DNA from: an uncultured SAR116 cluster alpha proteobacterium
Lineage (GTDB): Bacteria; Pseudomonadota; Alphaproteobacteria; Puniceispirillales; GCA-002684695
Assembly: GCA_902532475.1 (NCBI GenBank)
Contig: CACAIE010000001.1
Span: 19,062-83,061, forward strand
DNA: 64,000 bases
Direction of reading: 5' to 3'
Shown: positions 10,112 through 19,105 of the stretch, piece after piece
Position numbering within the stretch: position 1 is the first letter of the stretch
How the letters are laid out: every line of letters starts with the position of its first letter
Made by a program: the position numbers and the translations under genes
The notes under the pieces: generated by a model
Told to the model about the DNA's origin: nothing
Database searches by the model: none
The model's input: only the letters and a program-made list of their open reading frames with translations

Positions 10112-11375
10112 TTTTTACATCCAATTTATAATTTACTTTGTCTCCTTCAGAAACAAATGCTTGCCCTTCAGTGAGAAGAATGGCTCCATCATTTAATCCA
10201 GAAATATACACTTGATCTTCTGTGCTTTTAACAATTTTGACGGGCTCAATATTAGTTATTTCATTTTTTGAGGTTTTAACAAACAAATTACCTTCACCAT
10301 CAACAATCAAATGTGCAGGCGAAATTCCAAAAGCTTTTTCAGTATTAGTAATTATTGAAACCTCAGAAGTCATTCCAGCTTTAATTTTATCATTAGGATT
10401 TGGAATATTAATTTCCACATTAAATGTTCTGGTGGAAGAATTGGCTAAAGATGCAATTTTAAATACAGTGCCTTGAAATGATTTTCCGCCTGCAATCTTT
10501 ATAAATGCTTTATTTCCAATTTCAATTTGCCCCACATCAGCCTGAGATACTTTTGCTATTAGAGTAATATTCTTCATTCCCAGTATAGAAGCGACAGAAT
10601 TATTTTGTGAAATTCTTTCACCTAAATCTACATTTAAGCTTTCTAGCTTTCCATCTACAGGTGAATAAATAATGCTATCTTTTAACTGTTTTTTTAAAGA
10701 AAAAAGATTCGATTTAGCATTTTCTAGAGTGGCAATACTATTAACAAGACTTAATTCAGAACTATAATTTTGTTTATTTTTAATAATTGCAATTTGTAAA
10801 TTTGCACTTTCAACTTCTGCTAATTTTTTAGCTAATTCAAGAGACGATGCATAGTTGCTTTTCTCCAGTTTTTTGATAATTTCCAGATCTTTCTCTGCTA
10901 ATTTTAACTTAGCTTTTGCAGCGCTTAATTCTTCATCTAGTATTCCTACGGAAGTTTTTTGTGAAATTTCAAGAGATTTTTTTGCAGCATTTAGATCTGC
11001 TTCTGCTGCAGAAATTTTTTGTTTTAGGGTGCCAACATCTATAGAAAGAATTTTAGTTCCCTTTCTTATATATTGGCCTTCTTTGACATGAGTGGAAATC
11101 ACTTTCCCACCAATTTCTGAAGATATAGAAACTTGAAATTCAGGATTTGTAATTCCATTGGAGCGAATGATCTTGTCGACATTGACATTTTGGACTTTGA
11201 CAGCAGAAATTATTAATTTTTTATCAGTTTTTGGTTCTGCTTTGTTTTCAGTTTTTAACTTTGAATCATTAGTTTCTTGAGGATTGTAGAACTTTAACAA
11301 ATCATCTGAAAACATCCACCCAACAATTATGGATGCTATAACTATTGCCCATATATAAGATGATCTAAATTTCAT
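10104..11375 (-). CDS. RND efflux periplasmic adaptor (membrane fusion protein, HlyD family)
   Basis: 423 aa. An N-terminal anchor is followed by a lipoyl-like segment, a long coiled-coil hairpin and a beta-barrel region. It lies immediately upstream of, and overlaps, the RND permease gene. Confidence 0.88.
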   Translation of the reverse strand: MKFRSSYIWAIVIASIIVGWMFSDDLLKFYNPQETNDSKLKTENKAEPKTDKKLIISAVKVQNVNVDKIIRSNGITNPEFQVSISSEIGGKVISTHVKEGQYIRKGTKILSIDVGTLKQKISAAEADLNAAKKSLEISQKTSVGILDEELSAAKAKLKLAEKDLEIIKKLEKSNYASSLELAKKLAEVESANLQIAIIKNKQNYSSELSLVNSIATLENAKSNLFSLKKQLKDSIIYSPVDGKLESLNVDLGERISQNNSVASILGMKNITLIAKVSQADVGQIEIGNKAFIKIAGGKSFQGTVFKIASLANSSTRTFNVEINIPNPNDKIKAGMTSEVSIITNTEKAFGISPAHLIVDGEGNLFVKTSKNEITNIEPVKIVKSTEDQVYISGLNDGAILLTEGQAFVSEGDKVNYKLDVKND

Positions 11376-11516
11376 TTCATGTTCCTAAAATTGTTAGATG
11401 AAAGATTGAGTTTATATATAGTTATAAATAAAAAATTTTCACTAAGTATTAATAAATTTAATAATGAATATATAAATTAATATATTTGTTATAAGCAAAT
11501 TAAATTTTTTTTACAG

Positions 11517-12635
11517 TTAAATTTTTAGAGCTGAATGAGGGTCAATCGTCTTTATATTTAGAGCACTACCTACAGGTTTGCAAGTTAGTTGACCAGCATG
11601 AACGTTTAATCCATTAAGAAGATGTGGATCATCTTTACATGCACTTTTCCAACCTTTGTTTAGCAAAGAAAGAATAAAGGGCATTGTGGAATTTCCAAGA
11701 GCTATAGTTGAAGTACGAGCAACAGCTCCAGGCATATTCGCTACACAATAATGCATTATACCTTCCACTTCATAAATTGGATTTTCATGAGTTGTAGGTT
11801 TTGAAGTTTCAAAGCAACCACCTTGGTCTATTGCAACATCTACAATTGCAGAACCGCTCTTCATAATTTTTAGTTGTTCCTTTGAAACAAGATTTGGGGC
11901 ACTAGCTCCTGGAATGAGAGCAGCTCCAATTATTAAATCTGCTTCTGCAATCAAATCCAAAGTGTTGCCAGAGTTTGAAAAAATTGTTTTAAACTTTCCT
12001 ATAAAGTTTTCGTCCAAAAATCTTAATCTTGAAATAGAACGCTCTAAGATTGTAACATCAGCGCCCATGCCAGAAGCTATTCTAGCAGCATTAAGGCCTA
12101 CTACTCCACCTCCCATTATGATCACTTTTGCAGGTCCAACACCTGGAACTCCTCCTAATAAAATACCACTGCCACCGTTAGTTTTTTGCAGCGTCCAAGC
12201 CCCAACTTGAGGAGCTAATCTTCCAGCAACTTCAGACATAGGTGCTAGTAATGGCAATCTTCCCAAAGGATCTGTAACCGTTTCGTATGCAATAGCAGTA
12301 CATTTTGATTTAATGAGATCTTCAGTTTGATCAAGATCCGGAGCCAAATGCAAGTAAGTGAAAAGTAGTTGTCCTTCTCGTAAAAGTTTACGTTCTTTTT
12401 TTTGGGGTTCTTTAACTTTTACTATCATCTCAGATTTTAAAAATATTTCCTCTGGTTCATCAATAATTTTAGCTCCAGCACTTATGTAATCTTCATTTGA
12501 AAACCCTGAACCAATTCCTGCATTTCTTTCTATTAATACAGAATGATTGTGAAGAGATATTTCTTTGACAGCACTTGGGGTTAACCCAACTCTGTACTCT
12601 TGAGATTTAGTTTCTTTTGGGCAACCAACAATCAA
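11517..12635 (-). CDS. ald: Alanine dehydrogenase
   Basis: TTG start gives MIVGCPKETKSQEYRVGLTP, the canonical Ald N-terminus. NAD-binding motif IIMGGGVVGLNAARIASGMGA. 372 aa. Confidence 0.92.
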   Translation of the reverse strand: MIVGCPKETKSQEYRVGLTPSAVKEISLHNHSVLIERNAGIGSGFSNEDYISAGAKIIDEPEEIFLKSEMIVKVKEPQKKERKLLREGQLLFTYLHLAPDLDQTEDLIKSKCTAIAYETVTDPLGRLPLLAPMSEVAGRLAPQVGAWTLQKTNGGSGILLGGVPGVGPAKVIIMGGGVVGLNAARIASGMGADVTILERSISRLRFLDENFIGKFKTIFSNSGNTLDLIAEADLIIGAALIPGASAPNLVSKEQLKIMKSGSAIVDVAIDQGGCFETSKPTTHENPIYEVEGIMHYCVANMPGAVARTSTIALGNSTMPFILSLLNKGWKSACKDDPHLLNGLNVHAGQLTCKPVGSALNIKTIDPHSALKI

Positions 12636-12749
12636 TTTCTTCTCCTATGTAAAATTATAAGTTTATTAATATCTCACAAAAAGTATTTTTAACCTTTTAA
12701 ATTATTTTGTGGTATATATATAACTAATCTTTAGAGAGAAATAAAATTT

Positions 12750-13388
12750 ATGCATAAAATTGGTAAAAACGTTACATTGGTCAATCATCCCTTGTTGCAA
12801 CATAAACTATCTTTAATGAGGGATAAAAAAACACGCTCAGTTATATTCAGAGCTTTAATGAAGGAAGCAGGAATGATCTTAGGTGTTGAAGCTACTAAAG
12901 GACTTAAGTCCTTTGAGAAGAATATTGCCACTCCTTTGGAAGCAATGTCAGCATCATTTTTAAAGCAACCAGAGCCGGCTGTTGTTTCAATTTTAAGGGC
13001 TGGCAATGGACTGCTTGAAGGTTTGTTACAAATTATGCCTCACGCTGCTGTAGGTTTTTTAGGGATGTCTAGAGACCATGATACGTTAAAGCCAATTGAT
13101 TATTATCAAAACCTACCAGCAGATATGTCTGATCGTTCAGTGATTATAGTTGATCCAATGTTAGCGACAGCAGGAAGTGGCATTGAGGCTACCAGACTAG
13201 TAAAGCTTGCAGGAGCAACCTCAATAACCTTTGTTTGCCTTCTTGCAGCGCCAGAAGGCATTAAAGCATTTAACGCAGTTCATTCAGATGTAAATTTGGT
13301 AACTGGTTCAATTGATAGAGAACTAAATGAAAAAGGGTATATTTTACCTGGTTTAGGGGATGCGGGTGATCGGATTTATGGAACCTAA
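12750..13388 (+). CDS. upp: Uracil phosphoribosyltransferase
   Basis: 212 aa. HPLLQHKLSLMRDK, the PRPP-binding VIIVDPMLATAGS and the C-terminal YILPGLGDAGDRIYGT are Upp signatures. Confidence 0.93.
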   Translation: MHKIGKNVTLVNHPLLQHKLSLMRDKKTRSVIFRALMKEAGMILGVEATKGLKSFEKNIATPLEAMSASFLKQPEPAVVSILRAGNGLLEGLLQIMPHAAVGFLGMSRDHDTLKPIDYYQNLPADMSDRSVIIVDPMLATAGSGIEATRLVKLAGATSITFVCLLAAPEGIKAFNAVHSDVNLVTGSIDRELNEKGYILPGLGDAGDRIYGT

Positions 13389-15208
13389 CCTATACTTATC
13401 GCGCCTTCTTCACAAGTAGAGACGTGTTTTCTAAAGGTTTTAAAAAGTTCTCTTCCAAAACCATGGTTGTTGTCAATTTGAGTTCTAAGATTAACCTTCC
13501 TTTTATCCAAGTCTTGATTGTCAATTATTAAATTCATTTTTCCTGTTTTGGCATTAATTTCAACAAGATCTGAATTTTGAATTTTTGATATAGGTCCATT
13601 ATTCAATGCTTCTGGTGAAGCATGAACAACTGATAAAACCTTTCCCGACGCTCCAGACATTCTGCCATCGGTAATTAATGCAGTCTTGTAGCCTAAGCTT
13701 TGAAGTACAGATAAGATTGGATTTAAAGCGTGTAATTCAGGCATTCCATTTGATTTTGGTCCTTGATGGGTAACGACAATCACACAATCCTTATTTAATT
13801 TGCCTTTTTGAAAGGCGCTTTTAACTTCTTCTTGGCTAGTGAAAACTATAGCAGGAGCTCGGATTGTTAAATGTTTTTCTTCTAGAGAAGATGTTTTAAC
13901 AATTCCCTTTCCAATGTTACCTGAAACTACGTTTATGCATCCTTCTAAATTAAATGGATCTTTTGCTGGTCTTAGAACATTAAGGATTTTATTATTTTTT
14001 TTCAATATTCTGAATGAGATCTTATTACTAATTTCTATGGGTCTTTTTGAATATTCTTTAAAACCATTTTTGTTAATAGTTATTATATCTTTATGTAATA
14101 AGTTATTTTTAAATAGTTCATTTATTAAATAACCTGTCCCTCCTGCTTTATGAAAATCATTAATATCGGCCTCACCATTTGGGTAAACTCTTGAGATTAT
14201 AGGCACCACTTTTGATAAATCACCAAAGTCTTCCCATTTAATAATTATGCCAGCAAACTTTGCAACCGCAATTAAGTGGATTGTTAAATTAGTTGAACCT
14301 CCTGAAGCTAAGAGTCCAACTATTGCATTAACTATTGCTTGTTCATTAATTATTTCTCCTATGGGTCTCTTGCTATTTGAAGAGTTACAAATTTCTATTA
14401 TTCTTTTTGAAGCTTTGTCAGTAAATAATTTACGTAATTTTGATTCTGGGTTTATAAATGCTGCTCCTGGCAACATTAAACCCATCATTTCTAATAGAAG
14501 TTGATTAGTGTTAGCTGTTCCATAAAAAGTACATGTCCCAGGACTGTGATAGGCTTTACTCTCCACTTTCAAAAGCTCTGATTTTGTAATTTGGTTTTTC
14601 AGATAAGCCTCTCTTGAGGCCGATTTTTTGGAATTACTTAATCCCGTAGTCATTGGACCTGCGGGTACAAAGATTATAGGAAGATGACCAAATGCTAAAC
14701 ATCCCATCAGCAAGCCAGGCACTATTTTGTCACATACCCCTAACATTAATGCCCCATCAAACACATTATGGCTTAATGCTATAGCTGTGGATTGAGCTAT
14801 AACATCCCTTGAAAATAAAGATAGTTCCATTCCAACTTGTCCTTGAGTAACCCCATCACACATAGCAGGGACTCCTCCCGCAAACTGGCAAGTTCCACCA
14901 TTTTGATTTATTATGTTTTTTATAATTTTTGGGTATGTTTCATATGGTTTGTGTGCCGAGAGCATATCATTATAAGCAGAAACAATAGCAATATTTGGTT
15001 TGTTCCCTTTTATTATTTCTTGTTTCTCAAATCTGTTACACCCAGCAATAGAATGGGCAAGGTTCCCACAACTTAATAAGTCTCTTGCTACTGGTTTGTT
15101 TTTAAGGAATTTTATTCTATTTAAATATTTTGTACGTTCTTTTTTTGATCTTCTAATAATGTTGCTTGTAACTTTTCCAACTACTGTGTTTATTTTATTA
15201 ACGTTCAT
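13385..15208 (-). CDS. edd: Phosphogluconate dehydratase (Entner-Doudoroff)
   Basis: 607 aa of the IlvD/Edd family. The N-terminal half is near-collinear with the E. coli Edd sequence as I recall it (CGNLAH, YNDMLSAH-PYE-YP, GGVPAMCDGVTQGQ-GMELSL, LGVCDKIVPGL). It lies 1 bp from zwf. Confidence 0.9.
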   Translation of the reverse strand: MNVNKINTVVGKVTSNIIRRSKKERTKYLNRIKFLKNKPVARDLLSCGNLAHSIAGCNRFEKQEIIKGNKPNIAIVSAYNDMLSAHKPYETYPKIIKNIINQNGGTCQFAGGVPAMCDGVTQGQVGMELSLFSRDVIAQSTAIALSHNVFDGALMLGVCDKIVPGLLMGCLAFGHLPIIFVPAGPMTTGLSNSKKSASREAYLKNQITKSELLKVESKAYHSPGTCTFYGTANTNQLLLEMMGLMLPGAAFINPESKLRKLFTDKASKRIIEICNSSNSKRPIGEIINEQAIVNAIVGLLASGGSTNLTIHLIAVAKFAGIIIKWEDFGDLSKVVPIISRVYPNGEADINDFHKAGGTGYLINELFKNNLLHKDIITINKNGFKEYSKRPIEISNKISFRILKKNNKILNVLRPAKDPFNLEGCINVVSGNIGKGIVKTSSLEEKHLTIRAPAIVFTSQEEVKSAFQKGKLNKDCVIVVTHQGPKSNGMPELHALNPILSVLQSLGYKTALITDGRMSGASGKVLSVVHASPEALNNGPISKIQNSDLVEINAKTGKMNLIIDNQDLDKRKVNLRTQIDNNHGFGRELFKTFRKHVSTCEEGAISIG

Positions 15209-15209
15209 C

Positions 15210-16697
15210 TTAAATTCCTTTTAGATTGTCTGGTTCATGCCAAGAAAATCCATATTTATCTATTAATTTTGCAGATGACTTTGGCCCCCAGGATCCTGGT
15301 TCATAAATTGTTGGTTTAATTCCTAGTTTTTTTATTTTATTAATGATTGGGTCTAACCAATTCCAAGCGGCTTCAACTTCATCTCTTCTCATGAAAAGAG
15401 TTTGATTTCCTCTCACCACATCCATTAATAATCTTTCATATGCATCTGGAATTTTATTTTTAAACGTATCAGAGAATGACAAATTAAGGGAAGATGGGCT
15501 TATCCTTATACCTCCGGGACCAGGTTCTTTGCTCATAAGTAAAACTTTCAGACCTTCATCTGGTTGCAATCTAATTATAAGTTGATTAGGTTGAATAGAG
15601 TTTTCAATCTCCTTATCAAAAATAAAATGTCTGATTGGCTTGAAGGTAATAACGATTTCTGAAGCACTTTTCTTAAGTCTTTTCCCGGTTCTCAAGAAAA
15701 AAGGCACGCCAGCCCAACGCCAATTATCAATATTCACTTTTAAAGCAGCAAAGGTTTCAGTCTCACTGTTTGAATTTTTAGAGTCAGTTAAGTATGAAGG
15801 CGTATTAAATTTTTTGTTTTCTACTTTTCCTCCATATTGTCCTAAAATTATATCATTAGGATCGTCAATGATTTTCAAAGATAGAAGAACTTTAAGTTTT
15901 TCATCTCTTACTAAATTAGCATCAAACTTTGAAGGAGGCTCCATCGCAACAAGGCACAATAATTGAAGCATATGATTTTGCATCATGTCCTTTATAGCGC
16001 CATAAGCGTCATAATATAATTCCCTTCCTTCGATTCCTTTTTCTTCAGCGACAGTAATTTGTACATTGCTTATTGAATTATTACTCCAGTGAGTCTCAAA
16101 TATTTGATTGGCAAATCTCATAACCATTAAATTTTGGACTGTTTCTTTTCCGAGATAATGATCAATTCTATATATTTGTTTTTCTTCAAAACAACCATTC
16201 AGAATATTATTTATTTTGATTGCAGATAATAAATCATGGCCAATAGGTTTTTCAATTATTACCCTAGTCTTCAAATTAGTTAGATTTTTTGATTTGATCA
16301 CTTTGGCAGATAACCCAAATAATTCAGGTGCAGTCGCGAAATAGAAAAGTCTAATTTTATTTTTACTTTTTTCCAAATGACCCTTTAATAAATTTACGTT
16401 ATCCTCATTAAGATCTGTCACATCAAGGCAGATATAATAAATCTTTGATAAAAACTTTGAAAATGTTTTTTGATTAATTGTTAATTGTTTGGGAGAAAGT
16501 TTTTTTCTTAAAAATTTTAAAAAAGAGTCTAACGAAAAACTTTGCCGGGATATGCAATAAATTCTTGATTTTTCAGGAATTTGATCATCTAGGTATCTTT
16601 TCATTAAAGCGGGCAATATTTTCTTTGTTGATAAATCTCCTGTGGCTCCAATAATGATGAAGTCAAATGAAGTAATTATAGATTTTGGATGCACCAT
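15210..16697 (-). CDS. zwf: Glucose-6-phosphate 1-dehydrogenase
   Basis: 495 aa. IIGATGDLSTKKILPAL NADP motif and RIDHYLGKE active-site motif. Confidence 0.93.
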   Translation of the reverse strand: MVHPKSIITSFDFIIIGATGDLSTKKILPALMKRYLDDQIPEKSRIYCISRQSFSLDSFLKFLRKKLSPKQLTINQKTFSKFLSKIYYICLDVTDLNEDNVNLLKGHLEKSKNKIRLFYFATAPELFGLSAKVIKSKNLTNLKTRVIIEKPIGHDLLSAIKINNILNGCFEEKQIYRIDHYLGKETVQNLMVMRFANQIFETHWSNNSISNVQITVAEEKGIEGRELYYDAYGAIKDMMQNHMLQLLCLVAMEPPSKFDANLVRDEKLKVLLSLKIIDDPNDIILGQYGGKVENKKFNTPSYLTDSKNSNSETETFAALKVNIDNWRWAGVPFFLRTGKRLKKSASEIVITFKPIRHFIFDKEIENSIQPNQLIIRLQPDEGLKVLLMSKEPGPGGIRISPSSLNLSFSDTFKNKIPDAYERLLMDVVRGNQTLFMRRDEVEAAWNWLDPIINKIKKLGIKPTIYEPGSWGPKSSAKLIDKYGFSWHEPDNLKGI

Positions 16698-16842
16698 TGG
16701 TTATTCTTTGCGAAAAAATTAAACTATATACCCAAAAACAAGAAAAATACATAAAATAAAATAAAATAAATTTAATTATTAGTTAAATTAAATTTAATCA
16801 AAAAATTCTGGTATATATAATAAATTATTTGTATTTTTAGCA

Positions 16843-18027
16843 ATGCCTGTTTTTAAGATTTTCAGAAATTATTTACAGTATTTAAATAGGAATGTTTTTC
16901 TCCTTGCGTCTGCTCAAATTTTTTCGATGACTGCGATGAATATAAATATTATTACAACTGGTTTAGCTGGTTTTTTAATTGCTCCCTATGGTTGGTTGTC
17001 AACATTTCCATTAAGCCTTCAATTTGTAATTACAATGTTTGCAACTTTCCCAACCTCATTATTAATGTCTGTTTTTGGACGTAAAATTATGTTTGTCATT
17101 GGTGCTTTATCAACGTCTATGGGTGGTATATTGATGGCGGTTGCACTTTTTCAAAAACTATTTTTATTATTTTGTTTTGGATCTATTTTGTTAGGTTTGG
17201 GACATGCATCAAGTTTATTTTACAGATATGCTGCAACTGAAACAGTGCCTAAAATGGCTAAACCTAAAGCAATGTCCTTAGTCCTTTCAGGGGGTTTGAT
17301 TGCTGCTTTTCTAGGTCCTAAAATTTATCAGTTATCTGCAGAAATTTATTTAGAAAGCTTATACTCAGGATGTTTTATAATGATTTCAATAGTTCAATTA
17401 ATTTCCATACCATTTATATTAAATATAAAAATCCCCCTGCCTACTAAAACAGCTTCAGGTGGAAGAAAAGTAAATGAAATTTTTAAAGACCGCTCAATGA
17501 TCAGAGCAATTATTTCTGCTGCTGGCGGTTATGGTATAATGAGTTTCTTGATGACAGCCACACCCTTGCAAATAATAAATATATGCAAATTTGGAATTTC
17601 TCAAAATGCCAGCATTATACAATGGCACGTTATTGCAATGTTTGCACCTTCATTTTTCACAGGAACGTTAATACAGAAATTTTCTGTTGAGAGAGTATTA
17701 TCAGCAGGCATATTTGTATATTTATTAGTAGTATTAATAGCATTTTATGCTAAGACTCCCGAGCAATATCTTTTAGTGTTATTTTTGCTAGGAATCGGAT
17801 GGAATTTTTTATTTATAGGTGGTTCTAGTTTGATAGTGAGTTTAACTTTCCCCGAAGAACAAGGTAAAGTTCAGGGCATAGCTGATTTTATTATATTTGG
17901 AACTGTAGCAATTTCCTCTTTAAGTGCAGGCTTGATGCACTATTTAATAGGATGGGATAAGATGGTTTTGTGGTCATTGCCGATATTGTTTATAATTTTC
18001 ATTGCAAACTTGATTAAGCTTAAATAA
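16843..18027 (+). CDS. MFS transporter, substrate unknown
   Basis: 394 aa with 12 predicted TM helices in two 6-TM halves. Divergent from zwf-edd. No sugar-porter signature recognised. Confidence 0.8.
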   Translation: MPVFKIFRNYLQYLNRNVFLLASAQIFSMTAMNINIITTGLAGFLIAPYGWLSTFPLSLQFVITMFATFPTSLLMSVFGRKIMFVIGALSTSMGGILMAVALFQKLFLLFCFGSILLGLGHASSLFYRYAATETVPKMAKPKAMSLVLSGGLIAAFLGPKIYQLSAEIYLESLYSGCFIMISIVQLISIPFILNIKIPLPTKTASGGRKVNEIFKDRSMIRAIISAAGGYGIMSFLMTATPLQIINICKFGISQNASIIQWHVIAMFAPSFFTGTLIQKFSVERVLSAGIFVYLLVVLIAFYAKTPEQYLLVLFLLGIGWNFLFIGGSSLIVSLTFPEEQGKVQGIADFIIFGTVAISSLSAGLMHYLIGWDKMVLWSLPILFIIFIANLIKLK

Positions 18028-18107
18028 TTTTGCAACGCAATATAATTTACTATTTTGAATAGCTTCAATATATAGTGTATGTGATTAAATTAATTACTAA
18101 GTAAATT

Positions 18108-18139
18108 AAAAAAAAGCTGCAAAAATATTTTTTGCAGCT
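18108..18139 (-). terminator. Rho-independent terminator hairpin, functional orientation on the minus strand
   Basis: Perfect 11-bp stem (18115-18125 pairs with 18129-18139, AGCTGCAAAAA/TTTTTGCAGCT) with a 3-nt loop. On the minus strand it is followed by a T7-8 run (complement of A 18108-18115). On the plus strand it is followed by GAGTTCAGG, with no U-tract. Confidence 0.65.
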
Positions 18140-18240
18140 GAGTTCAGGGAGGAAATATAAAAAATTGTGCATTGCGTTAATAGCACATTCCCCGATTCTG
18201 TCAACTTAAAAAATATTGTCAAGATTTAATTTAAAAAATT

Positions 18241-19068
18241 TTACTTTGAATTTGCTAATTTAATCACTTCTGAAGAATTTAAACCACTTTCTCTTAATCT
18301 TTTAATTGTTAAGAGTGAACCAGACCTTTTTGAAATTCTATTGCCATTGTTGTCTAATTTTAGAGAATGATGAAGCCATTTTGTTGCTCTCAAATTTAAT
18401 ATAATTTGAATCAACCGGTGAATGTGAGTGCTTTCAAATAAATCTTCTCCCCTTATTATATGGGAAACACCGTCCGCATCATCATCAATGGTAACTGATA
18501 AGTGATAACTAGTAGAAATATCTTTCCTTGCGATTATAATATCTCCAAATTTTTCCAGATCTAACTTTATTCTTCCTCTTTCAATATCATACCAAAATAA
18601 ATCTTTTTGGAGAAATTTGGCATATTTTAAGCATTCTTTAATCTTTAATCTCCAAGCAGGTGTTATACCTATTTTTTTTCTTTTGATGATTTCTTTTTCA
18701 CTTAAAAGTACGTTAGTTCTTTCTAGTGTATTATTGTGAGGTGCAGAAAGAGCATCTAACGCTTCTTTTCTAGACAACCAACAAGGATAAACTAAATCCA
18801 TACTTTTTAATTTGTTTAAAGCATTAGTATAATATTTTCTTCTTAGTGACTGGTCTTTAGTCCGAATAAAAGGAATTTTTAGCCAATTTATATCATCAAT
18901 AATTTCTTTAACAAATTTTTCTTTGCACCTCGTAAAATCAATATCCTCAATTCTCAATAAAAATTTACCTCTATTAACTTTTGAGTAATTGTATGAATAA
19001 AGTAATGAGTAAACATGGCCTAAATGGAGGGAACCTGTCGGGGAAGGTGCAAATCTAGTAACTATCAT
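18241..19068 (-). CDS. gluQ: tRNA glutamyl-Q(34) synthetase (GluQRS)
   Basis: Truncated class I GluRS-like catalytic domain of about 275 aa with RFAPSPTGSLHLGH (HIGH motif). I chose ATG 19068 over the upstream TTG 19083, which would overlap the divergent gene. Confidence 0.85.
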   Translation of the reverse strand: MIVTRFAPSPTGSLHLGHVYSLLYSYNYSKVNRGKFLLRIEDIDFTRCKEKFVKEIIDDINWLKIPFIRTKDQSLRRKYYTNALNKLKSMDLVYPCWLSRKEALDALSAPHNNTLERTNVLLSEKEIIKRKKIGITPAWRLKIKECLKYAKFLQKDLFWYDIERGRIKLDLEKFGDIIIARKDISTSYHLSVTIDDDADGVSHIIRGEDLFESTHIHRLIQIILNLRATKWLHHSLKLDNNGNRISKRSGSLLTIKRLRESGLNSSEVIKLANSK

Positions 19069-19105
19069 GTTAAACTCAAGCAATAAAAAAATAGGGATAA
19101 TTAAA

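Noticed and set aside
16698-16842. Short (AAAAT)n-like run (aaaataaaataaaataaa) in the zwf/MFS divergent spacer, considered as a possible repeat element or CRISPR-like array.
   Set aside because: It has only about three units of a low-complexity A/T motif and no spacer-repeat periodicity. No CRISPR-like array was seen in the spacers I read through.
18141-18160. TCAGGGAGGAAA resembles the UCAGG...GGAA core of SRP (4.5S) RNA domain IV.
   Set aside because: The conserved AGCA/GNAR-flanking symmetric-loop elements and the long closing helix are absent on both strands.
18034-18178. An 8-nt inverted match, AACGCAAT (about 18034-18041) with ATTGCGTT (18171-18178), suggesting a long-range helix across the spacer.
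   Set aside because: A single 8-mer match about 130 nt apart straddles the terminator hairpin, so the two arms would lie in different transcripts under the minus-strand model. A chance match is plausible.
18146-18229. Plus-strand AGGGAGG (18146-18152) acting as a Shine-Dalgarno for a micro-ORF: GTG 18167 to TAA 18229 (20 aa, MHCVNSTFPDSVNLKNIVKI), or a TTG 18165 frame of 14 aa.
   Set aside because: The SD-to-start spacing of 12-14 nt is too long. The start codons are non-ATG and the peptide has no recognisable features. The minus-strand RNA interpretation explains more of the sequence (terminator polarity, G-U versus A-C). It is not fully excluded.
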